Positions 25,132 through 34,101 of a stretch of DNA of 37,671 nucleotides are shown here, in pieces. A model generated the notes under the pieces. The model did not search any database. It was given only the letters and a program-made list of their open reading frames with translations, and was not told where the DNA came from. This DNA comes from Patescibacteria group bacterium (GTDB lineage Bacteria > Patescibacteriota > Minisyncoccia > Phycocordibacterales > SBAW01), in assembly GCA_038064795.1 (NCBI GenBank), contig JBBTSH010000041.1, positions 1-37,671 of the forward strand, read 5' to 3'. The stretch's first letter is position 1. Every line of letters begins with the position of its first letter. The position numbers and the translations under genes were made by a program.

Positions 25132-25990
25132 ACGGATTATCGGTAGTCTTATAGTTAAGGACGGCATCGTTGTGCAAAGCGTTGGTTTTGAACGTTATTT
25201 GCCCGTGGGTTCGCCCGAAATAGCGGTCGATTTTTTAAACCAATGGGGTATAGATGAAATTATCGTGCTCGATATCGGGGAAGCCCGCCTGAAGCGAGCA
25301 CCCGACTTTGCTTTGTTGGCCCGGCTCTCGAAGTTGAGTTTTGTGCCGCTCACTATGGGAGGCGGAGTGGACACCGTTGAAGTGATGCGCGAGCTCGTTC
25401 ATGGCGGCGCAGATAAATTTGTTATCAATCAAGCCGCGGTTGAAACACCGCAGATTATTAAGGAGGCAGCACGGATTTTCGGCAATCAGTGTGTTGTCGT
25501 TTCGATTGACGCAAAAAAAACTGATACTGGATATGAGGTGTATATACACGGAGGACAAACCCCGACCGGCAAAGATCCGGTGGTATTCGCAAAAGAATGT
25601 GCCGCGCTCGGAGCCGGGGAGATACTGATACGGAACGTTGGAAAAGACGGATCGAAAGAGGGCTACGATCTGGAACTCGTGAGAGCGGTCGCACGGGCGG
25701 TTGATATCCCTGTCATCGCGGCAGGCGGGTGCGGACATCCACGGCACATCCTAGAGGTCTTTACTAACGGTGAGGCGAGCGCAGCCGCCGTTGGAAATTT
25801 CTTTCATTTTACCGAGCATAGCGTTACGACCGCTAAAGCGTATCTGGAACAAGCTAAGATACCGGTTCGCCTCGACACATATACTGACTATAAAAATTTT
25901 ACTTTTGATGCAGATGGCAGGATACGCAAACAAGATGACGCGGTGTTGGAGAAACTCCGATTTGAATATCAGCCAAAAGAAGTCATATGA
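25121..25990 (+). CDS. HisF-like cyclase/ammonia-channel subunit (WbuZ-type)
   Basis: RIIGSLIVKDGIVVQSVGF, DEIIVLDI, VVVSIDAKK, GAGEILIRNVGKDGSKEGYD, IPVIAAGG. Confidence 0.8.
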   Translation: MLSKRIIGSLIVKDGIVVQSVGFERYLPVGSPEIAVDFLNQWGIDEIIVLDIGEARLKRAPDFALLARLSKLSFVPLTMGGGVDTVEVMRELVHGGADKFVINQAAVETPQIIKEAARIFGNQCVVVSIDAKKTDTGYEVYIHGGQTPTGKDPVVFAKECAALGAGEILIRNVGKDGSKEGYDLELVRAVARAVDIPVIAAGGCGHPRHILEVFTNGEASAAAVGNFFHFTEHSVTTAKAYLEQAKIPVRLDTYTDYKNFTFDADGRIRKQDDAVLEKLRFEYQPKEVI

Positions 25991-27237
25991 AATATTGTAC
26001 CCGCTGCGTATATCCGGCAAACCATCCTCTTAATCTCACCTTCGACAAAGATGGGGTGTGCAGCGGTTGCCGCGTCCATGAAGAAAAAGACATGCTTACT
26101 TGGGATGAACGTTTCCTAAAACTAAAGAAAATTACCGATTCGTATAAAAATCAATCCGGCAATAGTTACGATTGCGTAGTGCCGGTCTCGGGCGCTCGCG
26201 ATTCTTATTTTATTGTGCATACGGTAATTAAAAAGCTCGGGTTGCGTCCGCTTTTGGTAACGTATAACAAGCACTACAACACTGAACGCGGCATTAGAAA
26301 CCTGGCTTATTTGCGCACGCTTTTCGGGTGCGACATTCTCACCATGAACGTGAGTCCCGAGCGCGTAAAAAATGTTACCAGGGCTTCCTTACGTAAGATG
26401 GGCAGCATGTATTGGCACTGTCTTGCGGGGCAAACGGTTTTTCCCGTTCAGGTGGCGGTACGCTTTAAAATTCCACTTATTATTTGGGGAGTGCATCAGG
26501 GGATCGATCAGGTTGGGATGTTTTCGCACCTTGATGAAGTGGAGATGACCCGCAAATATCGCAAAGATCACGATCTCATGGGCTTTGAAGCCGAGGATTT
26601 AATAGATGAGAGTATGCACGTGACAGAGGATGACGTGCTGCCGTACCTCTACCCGCATGACAAAGAAATAGAGAAAGTCGGCGTACGGGGTATCTACTTA
26701 CAAAATTACATCCGCTGGGACAGCAAGGCGCAGCACGAGCAAATGATCAATGAGTATGAATATGAGAGCGCACCGCAGACACGGACGTTTGATACCTACA
26801 ACGATGTAGACTGTTTTAACTACTCGGACGTACACGACTATATAAAATTTTTGAAGTGGGGCTACAGTAAAATCACGGACCACGTGTCCCGTGAGATAAG
26901 ACTCAAGAGATTGACGAGAGACGAGGGGATAGAACTTGTGAAAAACTACTCGCTTCGTATGCCAAAAAATCTGCAGCTTTTTTTACGATGGATTGGAGTC
27001 GCCGAGAGCGGGTTTAATTACTTTATCGACGAGCGGCGCGACCCAACTGTGTGGCGAAAAAACGAAGACAGCGTGTGGGAGCTGAAGGACAGTGTCTTAA
27101 ATCATAGTAACGATGAAGGAGTAGACACGGTACGGCTTGATAAAAAGGAGGAGTGCAAATTCATCATCACACCCTCTAAAGTAACGGCTCCGGAAAAAGA
27201 AGACTATACGATAATCGGCAAAGGGTATGTTAATTAA
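25987..27237 (+). CDS. Second N-acetyl sugar amidotransferase paralogue (variant PP-loop SGARDS, longer C-terminus)
   Basis: MKYCTRCVYPANHPLNLTFDKDGVCSGCRVHEEK and CVVPVSGARDSYF. Shares architecture with 23433-24509. ATGA overlap with the upstream gene. Confidence 0.75.
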   Translation: MKYCTRCVYPANHPLNLTFDKDGVCSGCRVHEEKDMLTWDERFLKLKKITDSYKNQSGNSYDCVVPVSGARDSYFIVHTVIKKLGLRPLLVTYNKHYNTERGIRNLAYLRTLFGCDILTMNVSPERVKNVTRASLRKMGSMYWHCLAGQTVFPVQVAVRFKIPLIIWGVHQGIDQVGMFSHLDEVEMTRKYRKDHDLMGFEAEDLIDESMHVTEDDVLPYLYPHDKEIEKVGVRGIYLQNYIRWDSKAQHEQMINEYEYESAPQTRTFDTYNDVDCFNYSDVHDYIKFLKWGYSKITDHVSREIRLKRLTRDEGIELVKNYSLRMPKNLQLFLRWIGVAESGFNYFIDERRDPTVWRKNEDSVWELKDSVLNHSNDEGVDTVRLDKKEECKFIITPSKVTAPEKEDYTIIGKGYVN

Positions 27238-27745
27238 AGGCAATCGCGTATGTTTGCGCCCGTTGAAGCAAGGCGATGTGGGTGCGAGATACCTGCGCTG
27301 GATGAATGATCCGAAAGTGCAGGAGTATACACGCCGGCGCGGCATCAGGACGACACTCAAAGAGTTACAGTCATTTGTCACAGAAACAAAAAAATCTAAA
27401 AATCTATATTTTGCGATTCTGGTGGGCAAAAAGCATATCGGAAACTTGTTCTTGTACCTAGGAAAGAACAAGAGTGCAGACCTCTCTATTATGATCGGAG
27501 CGCGCAACGAGCAAGGTAAGGGCTATGCCAGCGAGGCGATTGGGGCGGCAAGCAAGTTCGCATTTGATCGGTGGGGCGTCTCTTCGCTGACGGCCGGCTC
27601 CGCAAATCCCGGCTTTAACGCCGTTATGCGAAAATTAGGATGGAAGCGCACCAAGGTAAAAAGAAAGGGCTTTGTGCTGGGGGCGCGGCGTCGGGATGTA
27701 GGATATTGGCGGATGGTAAAGAAAACCTATGCAAGAAGGAAATAA
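27227..27745 (+). CDS. GNAT-family N-acetyltransferase (RimJ/RimL/PseH-like)
   Basis: VCLRPLKQGDVGARYLRWMNDPKV...IGNLFL...GKGYASEAIGAASKFAFD. Confidence 0.65.
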   Translation: MLIKGNRVCLRPLKQGDVGARYLRWMNDPKVQEYTRRRGIRTTLKELQSFVTETKKSKNLYFAILVGKKHIGNLFLYLGKNKSADLSIMIGARNEQGKGYASEAIGAASKFAFDRWGVSSLTAGSANPGFNAVMRKLGWKRTKVKRKGFVLGARRRDVGYWRMVKKTYARRK

Positions 27746-28253
27746 TATATATCTGAGGCCGCTCGTCGAAGATGATTTCAATGATCGTTATTTAACGTGG
27801 TTCAAGGACGCGGAAGTCACTCGATTTTTAGAGGCGCGCAATATAACGCGGGAGGATGCCATAAAGCATCTGCACGATGGCGAAGATGGAAAGAACTGGC
27901 GGCTGTATGCGATCTGCGAAAAAGCGACCGAGAGGCATATCGGTAACATAAAAATAGGACCGATTGATTGGAAAAACGGAGTATCTGATCTGGTCACGGT
28001 GATAGGAGAGCGTGATGCGTGGGGCAAGGGCTACGCCAGAGAGGCAATCAAAAGGGGTATGGAGATAGCATTTGATGAATTGCACATTCGCAAACTTTCC
28101 GCGAGCATTGTGTCGGGGAACACGGGTTCGATAAAGGCGTATACCGCCGCCGGCTTTACCGTGGAGGCCACACTTAAAGATCAATATAAGGACGCTGCTG
28201 GTCAAATGTATGACAAGGTTTTTGTGAGCGCTTTTGCTCCTCTCAAGCAGTGA
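27729..28253 (+). CDS. GNAT-family N-acetyltransferase (RimJ/RimL/PseH-like), tandem paralogue
   Basis: IYLRPLVEDDFNDRYLTWFKDAEV...IGNIKIGPIDW...GKGYAREAIKRGMEIAFDEL...GNTGSIKAYTAAGF. Confidence 0.7.
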   Translation: MQEGNNIYLRPLVEDDFNDRYLTWFKDAEVTRFLEARNITREDAIKHLHDGEDGKNWRLYAICEKATERHIGNIKIGPIDWKNGVSDLVTVIGERDAWGKGYAREAIKRGMEIAFDELHIRKLSASIVSGNTGSIKAYTAAGFTVEATLKDQYKDAAGQMYDKVFVSAFAPLKQ

Positions 28254-28296
28254 CCTCAGGGTTGAAAAGGGCGTTATATCAGGGTAGGGTGGCCAT

Positions 28297-29058
28297 ATGT
28301 ATAAAGACAGGAGCGAGCGAATAGTGGCGACTATCGAGGCGCGGATGACCTCAACTCGTCTGCCCGGCAAAGTCTTGATGCCGCTTGTCGGTAAGCCGGT
28401 GCTGCAGCATATCATCGAGAGGCTCCAGCGTAGTCAGTACGTCGATGTCATCTGCCTGGCAACCACCACCAACAAGACGGACGACCCCACGGCAGCCCTG
28501 GCGGAAGATCTCGGGGTAGCGGTGTTTCGCGGCAGCGAAGAGGATGTGCTTGGCCGAGTACTCGGAGCAGCACAGTCAGTGCGGGCCGATCTCATTGTGG
28601 AGGTAAGCGGTGATTGCCCTGCAATTGACCACCGAGACATTGATCGCGGCATTGAAGAGTTTTTTAAAAGTGGTGCCGAGTATGTGGCAAACAATATTGA
28701 GGCCACCTATCCAACGGGCGGCTTTGAAGTAATTATCTTTCGGACATCTGCCTTGGCCGAAGTCGCGGCAATAGTCAAAGAACCGATATACCGCACCCAT
28801 GTTTCCTATTACTTTGCTACCCATCCTGAAAAATATCGGCAGCAAAATTTTAAGGCTCCGCTGAAAGCCACAGCCCCGGAACTTAGGGTGGTGCTTGATG
28901 AAAAGGCGGACTATGAACTGCTCAACAAAGTATTCGAGAGCCTTTATCCCCTCACGCCAGATTTCGGCGCTGAAGACGTTGTACAGTTTTTAAAAGCCAA
29001 CCCGCAAGTCGCAGCGCTTAATAGCAATGTACGAAGAAAAAAGGCCCATGAACTCTAA
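28297..29058 (+). CDS. Cytidylyltransferase, SpsF/acylneuraminate cytidylyltransferase family (CTP_transf_3)
   Basis: IVATIEARMTSTRLPGKVLMPLVGKPVLQHIIERL is the characteristic N-terminal motif of the SpsF-type enzymes. Confidence 0.65.
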   Translation: MYKDRSERIVATIEARMTSTRLPGKVLMPLVGKPVLQHIIERLQRSQYVDVICLATTTNKTDDPTAALAEDLGVAVFRGSEEDVLGRVLGAAQSVRADLIVEVSGDCPAIDHRDIDRGIEEFFKSGAEYVANNIEATYPTGGFEVIIFRTSALAEVAAIVKEPIYRTHVSYYFATHPEKYRQQNFKAPLKATAPELRVVLDEKADYELLNKVFESLYPLTPDFGAEDVVQFLKANPQVAALNSNVRRKKAHEL

Positions 29059-29902
29059 AAGACAATATACGGTGGCAATTATCGGGGCAGGTCGTATTGC
29101 TGCTTTTTTTGATACGCCGGCATCAACGCATATACTCACTCATGCACACGCGATTACGAAAAATTCCAGATTGAAACTCGTCGGGTTCGCAGACACGAAC
29201 GTACGGGCTGGCAGGGAAGCCGCGAAGGTGTGGAAGACATCGTTTTTTTCTTCCGCAAAAAAACTATTTACAGCGGCTAAGCCGGATATTGTGGTAATTG
29301 CTACTCCGGACAAGACCCACGTATCGCTCATGGTGGAACTTTCGAGGCTCAAACCACGCCTTATCATTTGCGAGAAACCCGTGGTCACCCGCAAAAGTGA
29401 CATTGCGAAATTGAAGAAACGGCGGTTACCGCCTGTTATTGTCAATTACTCGCGGCGCTTTGATCCTGTGGTGCAAAAAGTTGCCGGCGAAATAAAAAAA
29501 GGTCTCTGGGGCAAAATTATTGCCGCTCGAGGTATCTACACAGGCTCTTTACTGCACAACGGCTCTCACCTCGTCGACCTCGGACGGTTTCTTCTTCCGA
29601 ACGTCACGATACAGCTCACGGAAGGCGACGCGAAGGCATACTCGCTTTTTGAGCTTGATATCTTAACAAGCAAGGGCCGCCTGCGCTTTATAGAAAGCGG
29701 CCAAAAGTTAATGATCGAGCGACCGCACAAAGACCCGCTCTATAGGGGGTTTGTGACGCTCGGTCGTGCTTCCATACAAAAAACCGGACTCCATGATGCT
29801 TTGCCCAATCTTTACCGACATGCCATTGCGGTCTTGGATGGTAAAAAAAGTGCATCTCCTAACCTCACAGAAGCCCTAAAAACTGAAAGTGAAGTACTAT
29901 AG
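29048..29902 (+). CDS. Gfo/Idh/MocA-family NAD(P) oxidoreductase
   Basis: YTVAIIGAGRIAAFF, VVIATPDKTH, IICEKP. The start is ambiguous between 29027 and 29048. Confidence 0.6.
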   Translation: MNSKRQYTVAIIGAGRIAAFFDTPASTHILTHAHAITKNSRLKLVGFADTNVRAGREAAKVWKTSFFSSAKKLFTAAKPDIVVIATPDKTHVSLMVELSRLKPRLIICEKPVVTRKSDIAKLKKRRLPPVIVNYSRRFDPVVQKVAGEIKKGLWGKIIAARGIYTGSLLHNGSHLVDLGRFLLPNVTIQLTEGDAKAYSLFELDILTSKGRLRFIESGQKLMIERPHKDPLYRGFVTLGRASIQKTGLHDALPNLYRHAIAVLDGKKSASPNLTEALKTESEVL

Positions 29903-29906
29903 CGAT

Positions 29907-31115
29907 ATGTCGGAACTTGCAATCAATGGGGGGAAGGCCGTGCGCACCGCACCTTTCCCCCTGTACAACACGATAGGGAAGGAAGAAAAGAATGCCGTGA
30001 ACCGGGTTATGGACTCCGGCGTGCTCTCAAAATATATCGGTGTGTGGCATAAAGATTTTTACGGCGGAGTCGAGGTGCAGGCGTTTGAGCGTGAGTGGGA
30101 GAAGCGATTTGGAGTGAAGCACGCCATCGCCATGAATTCGGCCACCTCGGCACTCATCGCCTCTGTGGGTGCGCTTGGCATTAAGCCGGGGGACGAAGTG
30201 ATTGTAAGCCCCTATACCATGGTTGCTTCCGTTTCTTGTGTGTTGTGGTGGGGAGGTGTGCCTGTTTTTGCCGATATCGAACCGGAGTACTTTTGTCTTG
30301 ATCCGAAGTCCGTTGAAGCGGCAATCACCCCGCACACCAAAGCAATTATCGTCGTCGATATTTTTGGCGGCGTGTACGACGTCGAGCGAATTGCAGCGAT
30401 TGCAAAAAAACATAATCTCAAAATCGTAGAAGATGCCGCACAAGCCCCCGGTGCCAGCCACAAAGGCAAGGGCGCTGGCACGTTTGCCGATATTGGCGTT
30501 TATTCGCTCAATTTTCATAAGCATATACACACCGGTGAGGGCGGGGTGGCGGTTACTGAAGATGATGTTTTAGCAGAGCGGCTGCAGCTCATACGCAATC
30601 ATGCCGAAGCGGTGGTAGAAGCAAAAGGGGACCCCGATCAAAAACTCATTGGGCAAAACTACCGCCTGACGGAAATGCAGGCAGCGATAGGTCGTGAGCA
30701 ATTAAAAAAACTCGATGCACTGGTGGCACAGAGACGAAAAAATTGTGCGTATCTCGCAGAGCGTCTGCGCGATCTGCCCGGTATCGTGCCCGCGCCAGAG
30801 CGCGCGGGGAGCGAACATGTTTTTTATGTGCAGCCGTTCCTGTATGACGAAAAAATTGTCGGGGTAACGCGCAAACGCTTTATCGAGGCGCTCCTTGCTG
30901 AGCTGCCCGGGGCTTCAATTTCAGGCGGGTACGTCAAACCCATTTATCGAATGCCGCTTTTCGGTATAACCAAAGATCTGTGTCCTACCACCGAACGTCT
31001 CTACAACAGCGAACTTTTGCTGCATGAAATGATGCATCCAGGCATGAGTACAAAAGATCTCGATGACGTCATCGAAGCGTTTCATAAAGTATATCTTCAT
31101 CGAGACGAGCTATGA
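29907..31115 (+). CDS. DegT/DnrJ/EryC1/StrS-family PLP sugar aminotransferase (canonical Lys present)
   Basis: LAINGGKAVR, AMNSATSALIASV, GDEVIVSPYTMVAS, IVEDAAQAPGA, YSLNFHKHIHTGEGGVAVT. I chose the ATG at 29907, 5 nt after the upstream stop. The track start is a GTG at 29889. Confidence 0.8.
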   Translation: MSELAINGGKAVRTAPFPLYNTIGKEEKNAVNRVMDSGVLSKYIGVWHKDFYGGVEVQAFEREWEKRFGVKHAIAMNSATSALIASVGALGIKPGDEVIVSPYTMVASVSCVLWWGGVPVFADIEPEYFCLDPKSVEAAITPHTKAIIVVDIFGGVYDVERIAAIAKKHNLKIVEDAAQAPGASHKGKGAGTFADIGVYSLNFHKHIHTGEGGVAVTEDDVLAERLQLIRNHAEAVVEAKGDPDQKLIGQNYRLTEMQAAIGREQLKKLDALVAQRRKNCAYLAERLRDLPGIVPAPERAGSEHVFYVQPFLYDEKIVGVTRKRFIEALLAELPGASISGGYVKPIYRMPLFGITKDLCPTTERLYNSELLLHEMMHPGMSTKDLDDVIEAFHKVYLHRDEL

Positions 31116-31969
31116 AAAGCGTGTTAGTCGTGGCGCATGACGCCGGTGCCGCGGAGATTATTGGCGCATATCTAAAAACTCACACGAAGGGGAAGCACTA
31201 TAGTGTCTATGCCGCGGGACCGGCGGCGCGCATCTTTCGTCGGGAGCGCATTCCTTTTCGGGTGATTCGTGAAAACAAAAAAAACATCGCGCACATAGTA
31301 GCCAAACACAGAGACGCCGCGCTTGCGCTTCTTGGTACGGGATGGATGACCACGATTGAGCGGGAGTCGCTGACATGTGCAAAAAAAGCAGGGATTAGGA
31401 CCGCCGTGTATTTAGAATCGTGGGGCGATTATCGCACCAGATTTGGATACCCCGCCAAAAATTGGAAAGATACTTTGCCGGACGAACTATGGGTCGGAGA
31501 TCGCTTTGCGTGGACGCTTGCGGGACACTATTTCCCGGGGGTAGCGCGACGGATGGTCAGAAACCAGTACCTTGCCGGTATCGCATCTCGGTATAGAAAA
31601 TCGTCTAAGCGAAGAGACCGCATTGTGTTCATGAGTCGGCCAGCCCCAAACACAGCGCACATGATAAAGGAACTGCTGCAACACACCCACTACCCGATCC
31701 GAATCCGTCTGCACCCGGCCGAAGATCCTAAGCGGTTTGACGGACTCATTAAGCAGCACAAAGGCAGAATCGAGAAATCCCGCGAGAAAGATTTAGTCCA
31801 CGATCTCGTGCGTGCCCGCGCGGTGGTGGGACCCGAGACGGTTGCCATGGTCGCCTCAGCGTCAGTGCATATACCCACAGTCCGCATTTGTACGGGCACT
31901 CCGATACTTCCGCATCATATACAAACTGCAACAACCGTCGCACGCGCGCTTAAGATTTTAAGACTATGA
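31112..31969 (+). CDS. Hypothetical protein (two Rossmann-like halves; function unknown)
   Basis: A 285-aa ORF translationally coupled at both ends (ATGA overlaps), so coding status is secure. I recognise no diagnostic motif. Its size and position would suit a PseG-type hydrolase, but the PseG N-terminal motif is absent. Confidence 0.5.
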   Translation: MKSVLVVAHDAGAAEIIGAYLKTHTKGKHYSVYAAGPAARIFRRERIPFRVIRENKKNIAHIVAKHRDAALALLGTGWMTTIERESLTCAKKAGIRTAVYLESWGDYRTRFGYPAKNWKDTLPDELWVGDRFAWTLAGHYFPGVARRMVRNQYLAGIASRYRKSSKRRDRIVFMSRPAPNTAHMIKELLQHTHYPIRIRLHPAEDPKRFDGLIKQHKGRIEKSREKDLVHDLVRARAVVGPETVAMVASASVHIPTVRICTGTPILPHHIQTATTVARALKILRL

Positions 31970-34050
31970 TCACTAATCTCTACGAACATATTGCCCGTTT
32001 AGCCAAAGAGCATCCGCAAAAAGTGGTGCTGCTTTCCTGCGACGAAGCGGGAAACACGCTGCAAGAGATCACCTACGCAAAGCTGCTGGAGCATCTGTCC
32101 GTTGCGGCTGCGGGACTCAAGAAATTAGGCCTGCGGCCGAACGATAGAGTGGCGCTTAATTTCGGCAATTGCCCGGAACTCCTTATAGTGAGCTGGGCTG
32201 CATGGATGAGCGGAGTTGTCACCGTGCCGCTTGATACCAAACGCGATACCAGTGAGCTCACGGAGTTTAAGACGTCTCTGAGTAAGGCCGCCATAGTGTT
32301 GTCTCAAAAAGACGTACAAAGTTTTTCAGGAGGTGAGGCGCAGTGGATGAAGGATCTATCGCACGAGGCCCTTATCCTTTTTACCTCCGGGACCACTGCG
32401 CGACCCAAAGGGGCGCAACTTTCGTTGAAAAATCTTGTTGTGAACGCCGACGGTATTGCGAAGTGGCTTAAGATTACTCCCCAAGACCGTTTTTTGGTGC
32501 AGCTGCCGCTTCATCACATTAATTCCACCACCTTCTGTCTCTCGGCATTACTTGCGGGTGCAAGCATTGCCATAGTTCCTCGCTACTCCAATTCGCATTT
32601 TTGGCAGCAGGCTGCCAGAACGGGCTCAACGATTACCTCGATCGTGCAATCTATCGTGTTTGACCAACTACAGCGCAAAGAAGCATATGCTACGTCGAAA
32701 CATGATCTCAAACTATCGAGAATTCAGATAGGATCGGCTCCGGTGGTTGCCGCAAGTGCCAAGGAGTTTATTCAAACATTTGGCATCCCGCTGTATCAGG
32801 GCTATGGTCAAACGGAGACTGCTTTGCGGGTAACCGGAGTACCCACCGATCTCCCCGAACCGCTCTTTGAACAACTGGTCGAAGAAAACTCGATTGGCAC
32901 GCCGCTCCAATGGGCTCAGGTTGAAATAACTGATGAAGAGGGGAAAATCTTAGGAGAAAACAGCGAGGGCGAGCTCGTCGTGAAAGGCCCTGCGATAATG
33001 GCGGGGTATTTGGCAGGAGAGCCTGCGTTTAGAGACGGGTATTTTTTAACTGGCGATATCGGTCTGTATAAAGTGATCGAAGGCAAGAGGTTTTTCTATC
33101 TGCGTGGACGCAAAAGCGAGATGATAATTAAAGGAGGTGTTAATATCTCACCGGTCGCGGTTGAAAATGCTTTGAAAAAAGTCTCCGCTGACATCGATCA
33201 AGCATATGTTGTTGGTGTCGAGGACGAACGGTATGGTCAAGAGGTCGGTGCAATTATTATCCTCAAGAGTGGCGTAGAGGATGCTGCCGCCAAACGCCGG
33301 ATCAAATTCGCACTTTTGTCCGGCTCGCCTCACCTAAGTGCCTACGAGACACCAAAGTTTGTGCGCTTTGTCACCGTAGAGGAGCTGCCAGCGACATCAA
33401 CGGGCAAAGTTCAGCGCACGGTGTTAAAGAAATCGCCTAAAGAGAGTTACCAGTCGATATACGATCTGTTTGAAACTAAAGAAAACCGCTTCACAGTCAT
33501 AGATCCTCAATCCCGCTATGTGAGGCAGTCACACGAACTGTATAATCATTGTTGGCAACCGCTCCTCGTGACTCTAGATGCATATAAGAAAAAACTGAGC
33601 AAAGAAACTACGATCGCAGCAGTAGATACTCATGACCAAGTAATTGGACAAATCTCTTTTACACGAGACAAAGACACACTAACGTGTGTTTCTATCTGCA
33701 GCTCAGCATACAAAGCAAAACCGATAGTTCATGTAGAAAAGATTCCTTCGCCGCAAGAGGTGGAAACATATCTGCTTGCAGGACATGATCCGGTTATGAA
33801 TTTCCATACAAACTTGGGAGCGACTCTTATGAAAGTCATTCCACAGGGCAGGCCCGATGACAAAAGTTCGCTCGGCTATACGATGCTTCTCAAGTATCCC
33901 TCTGCTCCGGACATGAAGATTACCGAGAATAATCCCATCTCAAGCCAACTCATTGAGGCGGTTCGAATGCTCGGCACTGATATAGGTTCAGAGGTCTATG
34001 CGCTTTCGCGTCCCGGAGCTCTGGCGCACTATATGGCAAAGCAACGATAG
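31966..34050 (+). CDS. Adenylate-forming enzyme (acyl-CoA synthetase/ANL superfamily) with ~200-aa unassigned C-terminal domain
   Basis: ANL core motifs LILFTSGTTARPKGAQLS, GYGQTET, YFLTGDIG, GRKSEMIIKGGVNISP and PATSTGKVQR end near aa 490. aa ~495-694 (nt 33448-34050) are additional. Confidence 0.8.
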   Translation: MITNLYEHIARLAKEHPQKVVLLSCDEAGNTLQEITYAKLLEHLSVAAAGLKKLGLRPNDRVALNFGNCPELLIVSWAAWMSGVVTVPLDTKRDTSELTEFKTSLSKAAIVLSQKDVQSFSGGEAQWMKDLSHEALILFTSGTTARPKGAQLSLKNLVVNADGIAKWLKITPQDRFLVQLPLHHINSTTFCLSALLAGASIAIVPRYSNSHFWQQAARTGSTITSIVQSIVFDQLQRKEAYATSKHDLKLSRIQIGSAPVVAASAKEFIQTFGIPLYQGYGQTETALRVTGVPTDLPEPLFEQLVEENSIGTPLQWAQVEITDEEGKILGENSEGELVVKGPAIMAGYLAGEPAFRDGYFLTGDIGLYKVIEGKRFFYLRGRKSEMIIKGGVNISPVAVENALKKVSADIDQAYVVGVEDERYGQEVGAIIILKSGVEDAAAKRRIKFALLSGSPHLSAYETPKFVRFVTVEELPATSTGKVQRTVLKKSPKESYQSIYDLFETKENRFTVIDPQSRYVRQSHELYNHCWQPLLVTLDAYKKKLSKETTIAAVDTHDQVIGQISFTRDKDTLTCVSICSSAYKAKPIVHVEKIPSPQEVETYLLAGHDPVMNFHTNLGATLMKVIPQGRPDDKSSLGYTMLLKYPSAPDMKITENNPISSQLIEAVRMLGTDIGSEVYALSRPGALAHYMAKQR

Positions 34051-34101
34051 CTCTTTCACCGGAGTTATCTATGTGGTATAGTGCGCGGGCTTAAAAACGT
34101 C

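Noticed and set aside
27828-28415. 195-aa minus-strand ORF
   Set aside because: It is antisense to the second GNAT gene and to the start of the cytidylyltransferase gene, has no motifs, and would break the tightly coupled plus-strand operon.
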